From an uncultured Candidatus Rokubacteria bacterium (GTDB taxonomy: Bacteria > Methylomirabilota > Methylomirabilia > Rokubacteriales > DASRDR01), in NCBI GenBank assembly GCA_963805625.1, contig CAWDVE010000016.1:512001-576000 (forward strand): a DNA stretch of 64,000 bases, written 5' to 3'. The notes below the pieces were generated by a model that was not told where the DNA came from, made no database searches, and saw nothing but the letters and a program-made list of their open reading frames with translations. Shown one piece after another: positions 40,017 to 49,137 of the stretch. The stretch's first letter is position 1. Each line of letters starts with the position of its first letter. The position numbers were made by a program, and so were the translations under genes.

Positions 40017-41585
40017 ATGCCTCGTTACCTCTGGCTTCGCATCGGCGTCGTGGTGGCCGTCATCGTGGGATCTCTCGTCCTGGTGGCGCCCCGAGACTGG
40101 CGGGGCCAACCCCGGCAGCCCATCAACCTCGGCCTGGACCTCCAGGGCGGGATCCATCTGGTCCTCGGCGTGGACCTCGAGAAGGGGATCCAGAACGTGC
40201 TCGACCGCATGGCGGGAGACCTGCGGGCGGCGCTTCAGAAGAAGGGCATCGGCGCCCAGGTCGCCCGCCAGGGGCAAACGGGGATCGTGGTCCAGCTCGC
40301 CTCCCCGCAGGCGTTCCAGCAGGCTCAGCAGGCTCTCGCCAGCTTCGTCGAGTTCGACACGCGCTCGCAGGATGCGGCGGCCGGCCGGATCGAGCTCACG
40401 CTGAAGGAGAAGGTGATCAACGAGCGCCGCAACTCCTTCGTGGATCAGGGACTCAAGGTGATCCGGAACCGCGTCGACCAGTTCGGCGTGGCGGAGCCGA
40501 CCATCCAGAAGCAGGGCGAGAACCGCATCCTCGTCCAGCTGCCGGGCGTTCAGGATCCGGCCCGGGCGAAGGCGCTCATCGGAAAGACCGCGGTGCTGGA
40601 GTTCAAGCTGGTCGACGACCAGGTGGTGGACATGACCCGGGCCGTCCAGGAGGGGCCGCCCCCCGGCGACGAGGTTCTCTACGGACGGCGTGTGGACCGC
40701 ACGACGAAGGCTGAGACCCGGGTCCCGTACGTGGTCAAGAAGGAGGTCCTGCTGACCGGCGACGTCATCTCGGACGCCACGGTCCGCGTCTCCGACGTGG
40801 GCGAGCCCTACGTCTCCGTGTCGTTCGACAGCGTCGGCGCGCGCCTCTTCGGCGAGGCAACCGAGAAGAACGTCGGCAAGGCGCTCGCGATCGTCCTCGA
40901 CGGCAACGTCCACTCCGCACCCGTGATCCGCGAGCGCATTCCCTCGGGGCAGGCGCAGATCTCCGGGGGCTTCACCTTCGAGGAGGCCAGTGACCTCGCG
41001 ATCGTGCTGCGGACGGGGGCGCTGCAGGCGCCGGTCCAGGTCCTCGAGGAGCGCACGGTCGGCCCCTCGCTCGGCGCGGACTCGATTCGCAAGGGCGTCA
41101 TCTCGACGGCCGCCGGCGCGCTGGCCGTGTTCCTGTTCATGCTGATCTACTACCGGCTGTCGGGCGCGATCGCCGACCTGGCGCTCCTGCTCAACCTCGC
41201 CATCCTCCTCGCGGCGTTGGCCTGGTTCCAGGCGACGCTGACCTTGCCCGGCATCGCCGGCATCGTGCTGACGATCGGTATGGCGGTCGACACCAACATC
41301 CTCATCTTCGAGCGCATCCGCGAGGAGTTCCGGCTCGGGAAGACCGTCCGGGCGGCGATCGACGCGGGCTTCCGGCGGGCGCTCACGACTGTCATCGACA
41401 CCCACGTGACGGTGGTCGTGTCGGGCATCATCCTCTATCAGTTCGGAACGGGACCGATCAAGGGCTTCGCGGTCACGCTCATGTTGGGTATCGTGGCCAG
41501 CCTGTTCACGGCGGTCTTCTTCACGCGCCTGATCTTCGACCTGGTCTACATGGGCCGCCGGCGGCTCCAGACGCTGTCCATCTGA
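40017..41585 (+). CDS. secD: Protein translocase subunit SecD
   Basis: LGLDLQGG; RVDQFGVAEP; VGPSLG; GMAVDTNILIFERIREE. Confidence 0.96.
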   Translation: MPRYLWLRIGVVVAVIVGSLVLVAPRDWRGQPRQPINLGLDLQGGIHLVLGVDLEKGIQNVLDRMAGDLRAALQKKGIGAQVARQGQTGIVVQLASPQAFQQAQQALASFVEFDTRSQDAAAGRIELTLKEKVINERRNSFVDQGLKVIRNRVDQFGVAEPTIQKQGENRILVQLPGVQDPARAKALIGKTAVLEFKLVDDQVVDMTRAVQEGPPPGDEVLYGRRVDRTTKAETRVPYVVKKEVLLTGDVISDATVRVSDVGEPYVSVSFDSVGARLFGEATEKNVGKALAIVLDGNVHSAPVIRERIPSGQAQISGGFTFEEASDLAIVLRTGALQAPVQVLEERTVGPSLGADSIRKGVISTAAGALAVFLFMLIYYRLSGAIADLALLLNLAILLAALAWFQATLTLPGIAGIVLTIGMAVDTNILIFERIREEFRLGKTVRAAIDAGFRRALTTVIDTHVTVVVSGIILYQFGTGPIKGFAVTLMLGIVASLFTAVFFTRLIFDLVYMGRRRLQTLSI

Positions 41586-41612
41586 GGCAGCGGGACAAGA
41601 GGGCGGCACGCG

Positions 41613-42560
41613 ATGCACCAGATCTTCGTCAACGCGAAATACGACTTCATCGGCAAGCGGCGCTGGGCCTATGCCATCTCCCTGATCGTGACCCTGATCG
41701 GGCTCGCCCACATCGCCTGGCAGGGTGGGCTCCGGTACGGTATCGACTTCTCCGGCGGCACGCTGGTGCAGGTGCGATTCCAGCAGGCCACGACGGTCGA
41801 CGCCGTGCGGAGCGCGCTGGACCGGGTTCGCCTCGGGGAGAGCGTCATCCAGGAATTCGGCGATGCTCAGGAGTACCTGGTCCGGGTCCCCGCGTCGAGC
41901 GGGGCCCTCGAGGAGACCTCCAAGAAGGTCGAGCAGGGGATCCGTGAGGCCGGGCTGCCGGGCTTCGAGGTGCGGCGGCTCGAGTTCGTCGGGCCCCAGG
42001 TGGGCCGAGACCTGCAGCTGCAGGCGGTCTATGCGGTGCTCGCGGGCATGGCGGGGATCCTCGCCTACGTGGCGCTCCGCTTCGACTTCCGCGGCGGGGT
42101 CGCGGCGATCATCGCGCTCCTGCACGACGTCCTCGTGGCCCTAGCCGCCCTGTCGTTCGCCAACCGCGAGATGTCGCTTCCGGTGCTGGCGGCGCTCCTC
42201 ACGATCGTGGGGTTCTCCATCAACGATACGATCGTCGTCTTCGATCGCATCCGGGAGACGCGGGGCCGAGGGCTGCGGAAGGGCGAGACCCTGGCGGACG
42301 TCATCAACGCGGCCGTCAACCAGACGCTGTCTCGGACGGTTCTCACCTCGCTGACGGTCTTCTTGGTCGTGGCCATCCTGTACGTCGCGGGGGGCGAGGT
42401 CCTGCGGGACTTCGCGTTCGCGCTGCTGGTGGGTGTGGTGACCGGGACCTACTCCTCGGTCTTCGTCGCCGCGCCGATCATCGTGGACTGGGAGAACTGG
42501 AGCCAGGCGCGCCAGCGGGGGGCCAAAAAGACCGTGGTGAAGGCGAGCGCCGGACGGTAA
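41613..42560 (+). CDS. secF: Protein translocase subunit SecF
   Basis: GIDFSGG; VGPQVG; GFSINDTIVVFDRIRE; GTYSS. Confidence 0.96.
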   Translation: MHQIFVNAKYDFIGKRRWAYAISLIVTLIGLAHIAWQGGLRYGIDFSGGTLVQVRFQQATTVDAVRSALDRVRLGESVIQEFGDAQEYLVRVPASSGALEETSKKVEQGIREAGLPGFEVRRLEFVGPQVGRDLQLQAVYAVLAGMAGILAYVALRFDFRGGVAAIIALLHDVLVALAALSFANREMSLPVLAALLTIVGFSINDTIVVFDRIRETRGRGLRKGETLADVINAAVNQTLSRTVLTSLTVFLVVAILYVAGGEVLRDFAFALLVGVVTGTYSSVFVAAPIIVDWENWSQARQRGAKKTVVKASAGR

Positions 42561-42653
42561 ACTGCTAGGCTACCCGGCGGCCGTCGGGCCGCTTCCCGGG
42601 CCGGGGCGCCTAGTGCCCCGGCTGGTATCCCGCGGGCGAGCCGGGATGCGCAT

Positions 42654-44798
42654 ATGCGGACGCTGAGCGACCTCCTGATCGAGATCCCCCGCTATCAGTC
42701 GGGCGGGGACGTCGAGGTTGTCCGCCGGGCCTACGAATTCACCCAGGAGGTCCACCGGGGCCAGCTCAGGGTGTCCGGCGAGCCCTACGACATCCACCCC
42801 CTGGCCGTCGCCGGCCTCCTCGTCGAGTTCAAGATGGACGCCACGACCGTGGCGGCCGGGCTCCTCCACGACGTCCTCGAGGACACGGCGACCAGCAAGG
42901 CCGTCCTCGTCGAGCGGTTCGGGGGCGACATCGCCGAGCTGGTCGACGGGGTCACCAAGATCGGGAAGCTCGCGTTCGGGAGCCGCGAGGAGCGGCAGGC
43001 GGAGAACTTCCGCAAGATGCTGGTCGCCATGGCCCGGGACATCCGGGTCCTGATGATCAAGCTGGCCGACCGCCTCCACAACATGCGCACCCTGCATTAC
43101 CTGCCCCCGGAGAAGCAGCGCGCGATCGGCCGGGAGACCCTGGACATCTACGCGCCGCTCGCTCACCGCCTGGGTATGGCGAAGGTCAAGGGCGAGCTGG
43201 AGGACTTGGCGCTCAAGGCCCTCCATCCGGAGGCGTACGACGACCTCCAGCGTCGGGTGGCCAAGCGGCGCCTCGAGCGCGAGGCGGAGATCAACCAGGT
43301 CATCACGATCATCACGACGAAGCTGTCGGAGGTCGGGATCTCGGGGCAGATCACCGGGCGGCCGAAGCACTTCTACTCGATCTACAAGAAGATGCAGGCG
43401 GGGCGGGAGTTCGACGAGATCTACGACCTCACCGCCGTCCGCATCCTCACCCCGACCGTGCGCGAGTGCTACGGCGCGCTGGGCATGGTCCATTCACTCT
43501 GGAAGCCCGTGCCCGGCCGCTTCAAGGACTTCATCGCGATCCCGAAGTCGAACATGTACCAGTCCCTCCACACGACGGTCATCGGGCCGAAGGGCGATCC
43601 GGTGGAGATCCAGATCCGGACGCCCGACATGCATCGGATCGCCGAGGAGGGGATCGCCGCGCACTGGCTCTACAAGGAGAAAAAGGACCGTACGGGCCTC
43701 GACCAGGCATTCGTCTGGCTGCGGCAGCTGCTCGAGTGGCAGAAGGAGATGAAGGACCCCCGGGAGTTCATGGAAACCGTCAAGGTCGATCTGTTCCCGG
43801 ACGAGGTCTACGTGTTCACGCCGAAGGGCGACGTGAAGGCGCTGCCCGAGGGCTCGACGCCGATCGACTTCGCGTACGCGGTCCATACGGAGGTCGGCAA
43901 CCACTGCGCCGGCGCCCGCGTCAACGGGAAGCTCGTGCCTCTTCGTCAGGTGCTCCGCCAGGGTGACATCGTCGAGGTCGTCACGTCGCCCACCCAGAAG
44001 CCGTCGCGCGACTGGCTCAAGACCATCAAATCGACGCGCGCCCGGTCCAGGGTCAAGCAGTGGCTTCGGACCGAGGAGCGGGCCCGTTCGCTCGCCGTCG
44101 GTCGCGAGCTCCTCGACCGCGAGGCACGGAAGTACCGCCTCTCGCTCACCACGATCCTCGAGTCGGAGGAGCTCCGAAAGCTCGCCGTCGAGCACGGGTA
44201 TCCCACGGTCGACGACCTGCTTGCCGGGCTCGGCTTCGGCAGGCTCGCGGCCTCGACCGTGGTCACGCGGTTCCTCCCGCCCGAGGCGCCGGACGAGTCC
44301 CGGACGGAGGCGAAGCCCGCGAAGCCCGCCCGCCCGCGGACGGAGGCCGGCGGTGTCACGGTCAAGGGCGTGGACGACGTGCTCGTGCGGTTCGCGAAAT
44401 GCTGCGGCCCCGTGCCGGGCGACCCGATCGTGGGCTTCATCACCCGAGGACGCGGGATCACCGTGCATGCGCAGGATTGTCCGAACCTCGCGGGAGGCGC
44501 CATCGACAGCGAGCGGAGGGTGACCGTGGAATGGGCGGTCGCCGACCAGCAGGCACTGCCCGTGAAGATCGCCGTGCACATTGGGCGGGACCGGCCCGGG
44601 CTGCTCGCGGACATCTCGACGGCCATCTCCTCGCGCCAGGCCAACATCGTGAAGGCCGAGGTGACGGTCACCGAGGACCGCAAGGGGCTGAACCACTTCA
44701 CCGTGGAGGTCAAGGACCTCGACCAGCTCCAGGGCGTCATGGCGGCGATCTCGGCCATCAAGGACGTCATCGACGTCGAGCGGGTCCGCGGGCTCTAG
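42654..44798 (+). CDS. rel: Bifunctional (p)ppGpp synthetase/hydrolase (long RSH)
   Basis: Intact HD motif LLHDVLED; KLADRLHNMRTL; YQSLHT; TGS and ACT domains. Confidence 0.95.
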   Translation: MRTLSDLLIEIPRYQSGGDVEVVRRAYEFTQEVHRGQLRVSGEPYDIHPLAVAGLLVEFKMDATTVAAGLLHDVLEDTATSKAVLVERFGGDIAELVDGVTKIGKLAFGSREERQAENFRKMLVAMARDIRVLMIKLADRLHNMRTLHYLPPEKQRAIGRETLDIYAPLAHRLGMAKVKGELEDLALKALHPEAYDDLQRRVAKRRLEREAEINQVITIITTKLSEVGISGQITGRPKHFYSIYKKMQAGREFDEIYDLTAVRILTPTVRECYGALGMVHSLWKPVPGRFKDFIAIPKSNMYQSLHTTVIGPKGDPVEIQIRTPDMHRIAEEGIAAHWLYKEKKDRTGLDQAFVWLRQLLEWQKEMKDPREFMETVKVDLFPDEVYVFTPKGDVKALPEGSTPIDFAYAVHTEVGNHCAGARVNGKLVPLRQVLRQGDIVEVVTSPTQKPSRDWLKTIKSTRARSRVKQWLRTEERARSLAVGRELLDREARKYRLSLTTILESEELRKLAVEHGYPTVDDLLAGLGFGRLAASTVVTRFLPPEAPDESRTEAKPAKPARPRTEAGGVTVKGVDDVLVRFAKCCGPVPGDPIVGFITRGRGITVHAQDCPNLAGGAIDSERRVTVEWAVADQQALPVKIAVHIGRDRPGLLADISTAISSRQANIVKAEVTVTEDRKGLNHFTVEVKDLDQLQGVMAAISAIKDVIDVERVRGL

Positions 44799-44827
44799 GG
44801 CGCGCCGGCCGCCCGGCCGCCCCTATC

Positions 44828-45211
44828 ATGGTCGAGATCGGCCGTAAGGAGTTCGAGCAGCTCGTGGCGCGTGCCTTGCGGCGGCTGCCGCGGCGCTTCC
44901 GCGACCGTCTCGAGAACATCGCCGTCGTCATCGAGGACTGGGCCGACGACGACACCCTCGACGAGATGGACATCGAGCCGCCCGACACGCTCTACGGCCT
45001 CTATCGCGGGACCGACCTTACGCGCCGGGACACGAACTACGGGAACGTCCTGCCGGACGTGATCACGATCTACCAGGGGCCGATCCAGGAGGACTGTGAG
45101 ACGGTGGAGGAGATGGAGGAGCTGGTCCGGGACACGGTCGTCCACGAGGTCGGGCACTACTTCGGCCTGGACGACGACCGGCTGTCGGAGCTGGAGGACG
45201 GCTCGGGCTAG
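44828..45211 (+). CDS. Zincin-like metallopeptidase family protein
   Basis: LYGLYRG; PDVITIYQGPI; TVVHEVGHYFG. Confidence 0.88.
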   Translation: MVEIGRKEFEQLVARALRRLPRRFRDRLENIAVVIEDWADDDTLDEMDIEPPDTLYGLYRGTDLTRRDTNYGNVLPDVITIYQGPIQEDCETVEEMEELVRDTVVHEVGHYFGLDDDRLSELEDGSG

Positions 45212-45394
45212 TGGCGGCCTCCGAGCGGTCGAGGATGACGTGCAACGCCTGATTGCGATGGATTCGTGCCACGCGGCCATGGACGTTCGGGACGTGGCCG
45301 AACGGCTGGGCCGGCGCTCCGCTCGACCGGCGCCCGAGGGCTCACCCGGACCGGCGCCCGGCTGGGCGCCACCTGTCACCGGCGGGCGGGCAGG

Positions 45395-47254
45395 GTGACC
45401 CGGTATCCCATCGCCGTCCGCCAGCGAGCCCTGCTCATGTTCGTGGCGGCGAACTTCCTCGCCGCCGGTCTGCACGCCCAGCGCTTCCTCTTCGCGGAAG
45501 ACGGGCTGCCGTCCAGCCTGGGGCTCGCGTTCACCGCGCTGGCGTTGCTGGCCCAGGTGGGCCTGGCAACGCTGGCCCTCCATGCCGTGCTCGGCGCGGT
45601 CGCGCTCGTCGACTCCTGGGCGCTCGCCACCCGCTGCGTGGCGGCGCTCGCCTTCACGCTGCTCCAGACCTTCATCTACGTGGACGCGCGGATCTACGGC
45701 TTCTTCAGGTTCCACTTCAACGCCCTCGCGCTGAACGTCCTCCTGACGCCGGGCGGCTTCGAGTCGATGGAGCTTCCGAGCCGGGACATCGCGATGGCGT
45801 GCGTCGGCATCGTGATCCTGCTCGGCCTCGAGCTCCTCGGCTACACGGCCCTGCTCAGGTGGGCCGGATCGGCCACATGGCCGGTCCGGCGTCGCTGGCT
45901 CGCGCTCGTGGTCACGGTCCTGGGGCTCTTCGCGGCCGAGCGGCTGACCTACGCCGCTGGTGACCTCCTCGATATCTCCGGGGTTGTTCGCCAGACGCGC
46001 CTGATCCCGCTCTATGAGCCTCTCCGGCTCCGAGAAGTTCGGCAGCGGCTACGGATCCGGGGCGATGCCGGAGCTCTAACCTATGATCCGAGCGGGAGCG
46101 CTTTGAACTACCCGCGGGTGCCCGTCGTCGGGACGGTCAGGGCGGACCGCCGATGGAACGTCGTGTGGATCCTGGTCGAATCCTGGCGCGCCGACACGTT
46201 CACCGCCGACAATACGCCGAATATCTGGCGGTTCTCCCGCCAGGCGCAGGTGTTTCGTCAGCACCTGAGCGGCGGCAATTCGACACGCTTCGGGATCTTC
46301 TCCATGATCTACGGCCTGCATGGCACGTATTGGTGGCCGTTCCTCGCCGAGGGCCGGGAGCCCGTTCTCATCGCGAAGCTCGCCGAGGCGGGTTACCGCT
46401 TCAGGATCTCGTCGAGCACCTCCCTCGGGTACCCCGAGCTCCGCCGCACTGCGTTCGTCTCCGTGCGGCCCTTCCTCGTCGACCGCCTCCCAGGCGGGAC
46501 CACGGCCGAACGGGACGTCCAGCAGGCGCGTGCGTTCGAGGCGTTCCTGGAGGAAACACCTCGAGAGGAGGCGTTCTTTGGCTTCCTCTTCTTCGGCGCG
46601 CCCCATTTCCCGTTCCTGTTCCCGCCGGAGCACGCGAAGTTCCTGCCGGTCCTGACGAAGCCCACGATCGCGCAGGCCCAGACGCCAGAGGGGGCACGCC
46701 GGATGTTCAACGGCTACCGGAACTCGATCCACCACGTCGACTCGGTGGTCGGGCCGGTCCTGGCGACCCTGGAGCGGCGCGGCTTGCTCGACCGAACGAT
46801 CGTCGTCATCACGGGGGACCACGGCCAGGAGTTCTACGAGCACGGGTTCTTCGGGCACGGCAGCGCGTTCACCCCAGAGCAGACCCGCGTCCCGCTCATC
46901 ATGCGCGTGCCTGGGCTGCCCTTCGGCGAGCACGATCACCTGACGCAGCACCAGGACCTGCCGGCCACGGTGCTAGCGCTCCTCGGAATCGACGACCCAC
47001 CGGAGGGCTACAGCCTCGGCCGGAGCATGCTGGAAGGGAACGGGCGGTCGTATGCGGTCGTGTGCGGCTTCCGGGAGTGCGCGCTCCAGGACTCGGAGGG
47101 CTGGGTGGTCTTCGGGGTGGAGGGCAAGACCTCGCTTTCGCTCGAGGCGCGCGACCGCGACTACGCCGAGATCGACGATTCAGGCCCCGCCGTGAGCCGG
47201 CGCCTCGGCCAGCTGACCGCGATCATGCGGGAGATGCGGCTCTTCGCGCGGTAG
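45395..47254 (+). CDS. YejM/PbgA-like membrane protein with sulfatase-like domain
   Basis: About 5 N-terminal TM helices with FRFHFN; LNYP; HLSGGNSTRFGIFSMIYG; ITGDHGQEF; start uncertain. Confidence 0.8.
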   Translation: MTRYPIAVRQRALLMFVAANFLAAGLHAQRFLFAEDGLPSSLGLAFTALALLAQVGLATLALHAVLGAVALVDSWALATRCVAALAFTLLQTFIYVDARIYGFFRFHFNALALNVLLTPGGFESMELPSRDIAMACVGIVILLGLELLGYTALLRWAGSATWPVRRRWLALVVTVLGLFAAERLTYAAGDLLDISGVVRQTRLIPLYEPLRLREVRQRLRIRGDAGALTYDPSGSALNYPRVPVVGTVRADRRWNVVWILVESWRADTFTADNTPNIWRFSRQAQVFRQHLSGGNSTRFGIFSMIYGLHGTYWWPFLAEGREPVLIAKLAEAGYRFRISSSTSLGYPELRRTAFVSVRPFLVDRLPGGTTAERDVQQARAFEAFLEETPREEAFFGFLFFGAPHFPFLFPPEHAKFLPVLTKPTIAQAQTPEGARRMFNGYRNSIHHVDSVVGPVLATLERRGLLDRTIVVITGDHGQEFYEHGFFGHGSAFTPEQTRVPLIMRVPGLPFGEHDHLTQHQDLPATVLALLGIDDPPEGYSLGRSMLEGNGRSYAVVCGFRECALQDSEGWVVFGVEGKTSLSLEARDRDYAEIDDSGPAVSRRLGQLTAIMREMRLFAR

Positions 47255-47367
47255 GCCCGTAGGGAGGCGTCCCCGCCTCTGCGCCCGGTCGCCCGGCCGA
47301 GCTCGACTCCTGACGGTCCGCAGTGGTCGCTGGCCGGTCGCTGGACCGTCTGAACCACCTGCCGTGC

Positions 47368-47469
47368 CCTGTCAACTGAATGACATCTTTGTCATGTTTC
47401 TTCTTGACAGGCCCTTTCACTCAGAGCTACGCTTTCAGCGCACGCTGAAAATGCTCGGACAAGTGAAAG
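47368..47469 (+). promoter_or_regulatory. Sigma-70 promoter within nested inverted repeats upstream of the AbiEi-like gene
   Basis: TTGACA(47404)-N18-TACGCT(47428); IRs CCTGTCAA/TTGACAGG, ATGACA/TGTCAT, TTTCAGCG/CGCTGAAA, CTTTCACT/AGTGAAAG. Confidence 0.75.
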
Positions 47470-47470
47470 T

Positions 47471-48523
47471 ATGGTTCGGATCGTCGAATTCAAGAAGGAA
47501 GCCGCGGAGCGGCTCCGCGGGTTATTTCCGCAAGTCGCGGAATGGCAGGAGTCTTTAGATGCAACCGTCGGAGACCAGACGGTGGATGTACTCGTCCGGT
47601 TCAAGATGGGGCAGGCGCAGGAGACCAAGACTCTGATCTGTGAGATCCGCTCCCGGGGCGAGCCCCGGTATCTTCGAGAGGCCATCACCCGACTTCGCGA
47701 GCTCCGGCCGCATCTGCCGGGGGCTTATCCGATCGTTGCTGCTCCCTACGTAACCCCACAGTCGGCAGCGCTCGTCAGGAGAAATAACTGTGGTTACTTA
47801 GATCTTGCTGGCAACTGCTATATCGCCTTTGACAACGTCCTGATCCAGAAGGAGGGGCGGCCCAACACCGGGCTAGTTCGCCGCCCGCTCAAGACCCTCT
47901 TCGCTCCCCGCGCGACGCGGGTTGTGCGGGCCCTTCTGGTGGAGCGGGACCGGGCCTGGCGCCTGGACGAGCTGGGGCGCGCCGTCGGCGTGAGCCTCGG
48001 CCATGCCCACAACGTGATCAAGCGACTCGAGGAGCTCGACTGGGTCGAGCGGGGTCGGGACGGGCTCTACCGGCTGCCTCGTCCGGGCGAGCTGCTCGAC
48101 GCCTGGCGCGACGCGTACAGCTACCGCGTCAATGGGCTCAGCGCCTTCGTCTCGCCCGCTGGAGACAAGCGCCGGGTCATGGAAGCCCTCACCCGGCACG
48201 CGACCGAGCTTGGCATGAGCTACGCGTTCACCCTCCACGCGGGGACGTCCCTGATCGGGCCGCACACGCGGGTCTCGGCCGTGCACTGCTACGTGAGCGG
48301 CGACATCGAGGCGCTGGCCCGGATCCTGGGGCTCCAGCCGGTGGAGGGCGAAGGATCCGTCTATCTCATGACCCCGTACGACCCGGGCGTCTTCTACGCG
48401 CCCGTGATCAAGGGGGGATTCCGGGTGGTCAGTCTCCCGCAGCTCTACGTGGACCTCCATAGCCACGAGCGGCGCGGGCGCGAGCAGGCGGAGAAGCTCC
48501 GTCGTGACGCGATGGGGTTCTAA
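47471..48523 (+). CDS. Type IV TA AbiEi-family antitoxin-like protein (wHTH plus AbiEi C-terminal domain)
   Basis: GYLDLAGNC; LFAPRATRVVRALL; ELGRAVGVSLG HTH; LLDAW; VVSLPQLYVDL...RGREQAE. Confidence 0.75.
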   Translation: MVRIVEFKKEAAERLRGLFPQVAEWQESLDATVGDQTVDVLVRFKMGQAQETKTLICEIRSRGEPRYLREAITRLRELRPHLPGAYPIVAAPYVTPQSAALVRRNNCGYLDLAGNCYIAFDNVLIQKEGRPNTGLVRRPLKTLFAPRATRVVRALLVERDRAWRLDELGRAVGVSLGHAHNVIKRLEELDWVERGRDGLYRLPRPGELLDAWRDAYSYRVNGLSAFVSPAGDKRRVMEALTRHATELGMSYAFTLHAGTSLIGPHTRVSAVHCYVSGDIEALARILGLQPVEGEGSVYLMTPYDPGVFYAPVIKGGFRVVSLPQLYVDLHSHERRGREQAEKLRRDAMGF

Positions 48524-48556
48524 CCGCGCTCACGGCGACGGAAGGAGGTGAACACG

Positions 48557-48592
48557 ATGGCGAAGAAGAAGGCGGCGAAGAAGAAGAAGTAG
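48557..48592 (+). CDS. Lysine-rich micropeptide MAKKKAAKKKK, copy 1
   Basis: AAGGAGGTGA Shine-Dalgarno directly upstream of the ATG; 11 codons plus TAG; duplicated 110 nt downstream. Confidence 0.7.
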   Translation: MAKKKAAKKKK

Positions 48593-48666
48593 TGTCGGAG
48601 GTGTCGCTCGAAGGGGGTGCAGCCCCTTCGCGGGACCGAAACCAAAATGAAGGGAGGTGATCATCA

Positions 48667-48702
48667 ATGGCGAAGAAGAAGGCCGCGAAGAAGAAGAAGT
48701 AG
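48667..48702 (+). CDS. Lysine-rich micropeptide MAKKKAAKKKK, copy 2
   Basis: GGAGGTGA SD; identical peptide; single synonymous change (GCG to GCC). Confidence 0.7.
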   Translation: MAKKKAAKKKK

Positions 48703-48761
48703 TGTGTGTGATCGGGTCAGGGGACGATGCCAGCCCTGATCCAGTGTGACTTGTCAGCGCA

Positions 48762-48794
48762 GGCCGCCGGGGGCGACTGGCACCCCCGGCGGCC
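48762..48794. terminator. GC-rich hairpin between the convergent micropeptide cassette and rpmB
   Basis: 12-bp perfect stem GGCCGCCGGGGG / CCCCCGGCGGCC; no clear U-tract. Confidence 0.6.
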
Positions 48795-48799
48795 GGTCC

Positions 48800-48991
48800 T
48801 CAGACGGCCTTGATGACCTTGCCCCCTCGCAGGCAGCGCGTGCAGACGCGGACCCGCTTGGCTCGGCCCCTCACGACCGCCCGCATCGATACCAGGTTCG
48901 GCAACCACCGGCGCGCGGAGACGTTGTGCGCGTGGCTGATCTGGTTGCCCACGACCGGACCCTTCCCACAGACATCACAGCGCTGGGCCAT
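48800..48991 (-). CDS. rpmB: 50S ribosomal protein L28 (zinc-ribbon form)
   Basis: MAQRCDVCGKGPVVGNQISHAHN...RRWLPNL...VCTRCLR. Confidence 0.96.
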   Translation of the reverse strand: MAQRCDVCGKGPVVGNQISHAHNVSARRWLPNLVSMRAVVRGRAKRVRVCTRCLRGGKVIKAV

Positions 48992-49137
48992 GCTTCTGGA
49001 CTCCTCGGGAGAGATGGGGCCCCGGCGGCTCCCCGGTCCCGGAACGGGCCGGCTTGCCGCCGAGCAACGCACTTCTATACCATGGGGCTCGAGGTGAGAC
49101 AAGCCTGGCACCTCGAGCCCGCGCGGTCGTCCCTTCC

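Noticed and set aside
32578-44798. SpoIID gene as evidence of sporulation, or the block as a novel operon
   Set aside because: ruvB-DUF2905-spoIID/lytB-queA-tgt-yajC-secDF is a widespread neighbourhood, including in non-sporulating bacteria.
48541-48742. Repeat-spacer-repeat pattern read as a mini CRISPR array or a lysine attenuator
   Set aside because: Only two non-palindromic repeats that are ORFs with SD sites, and no cas genes; no same-strand downstream gene to attenuate because rpmB is convergent.
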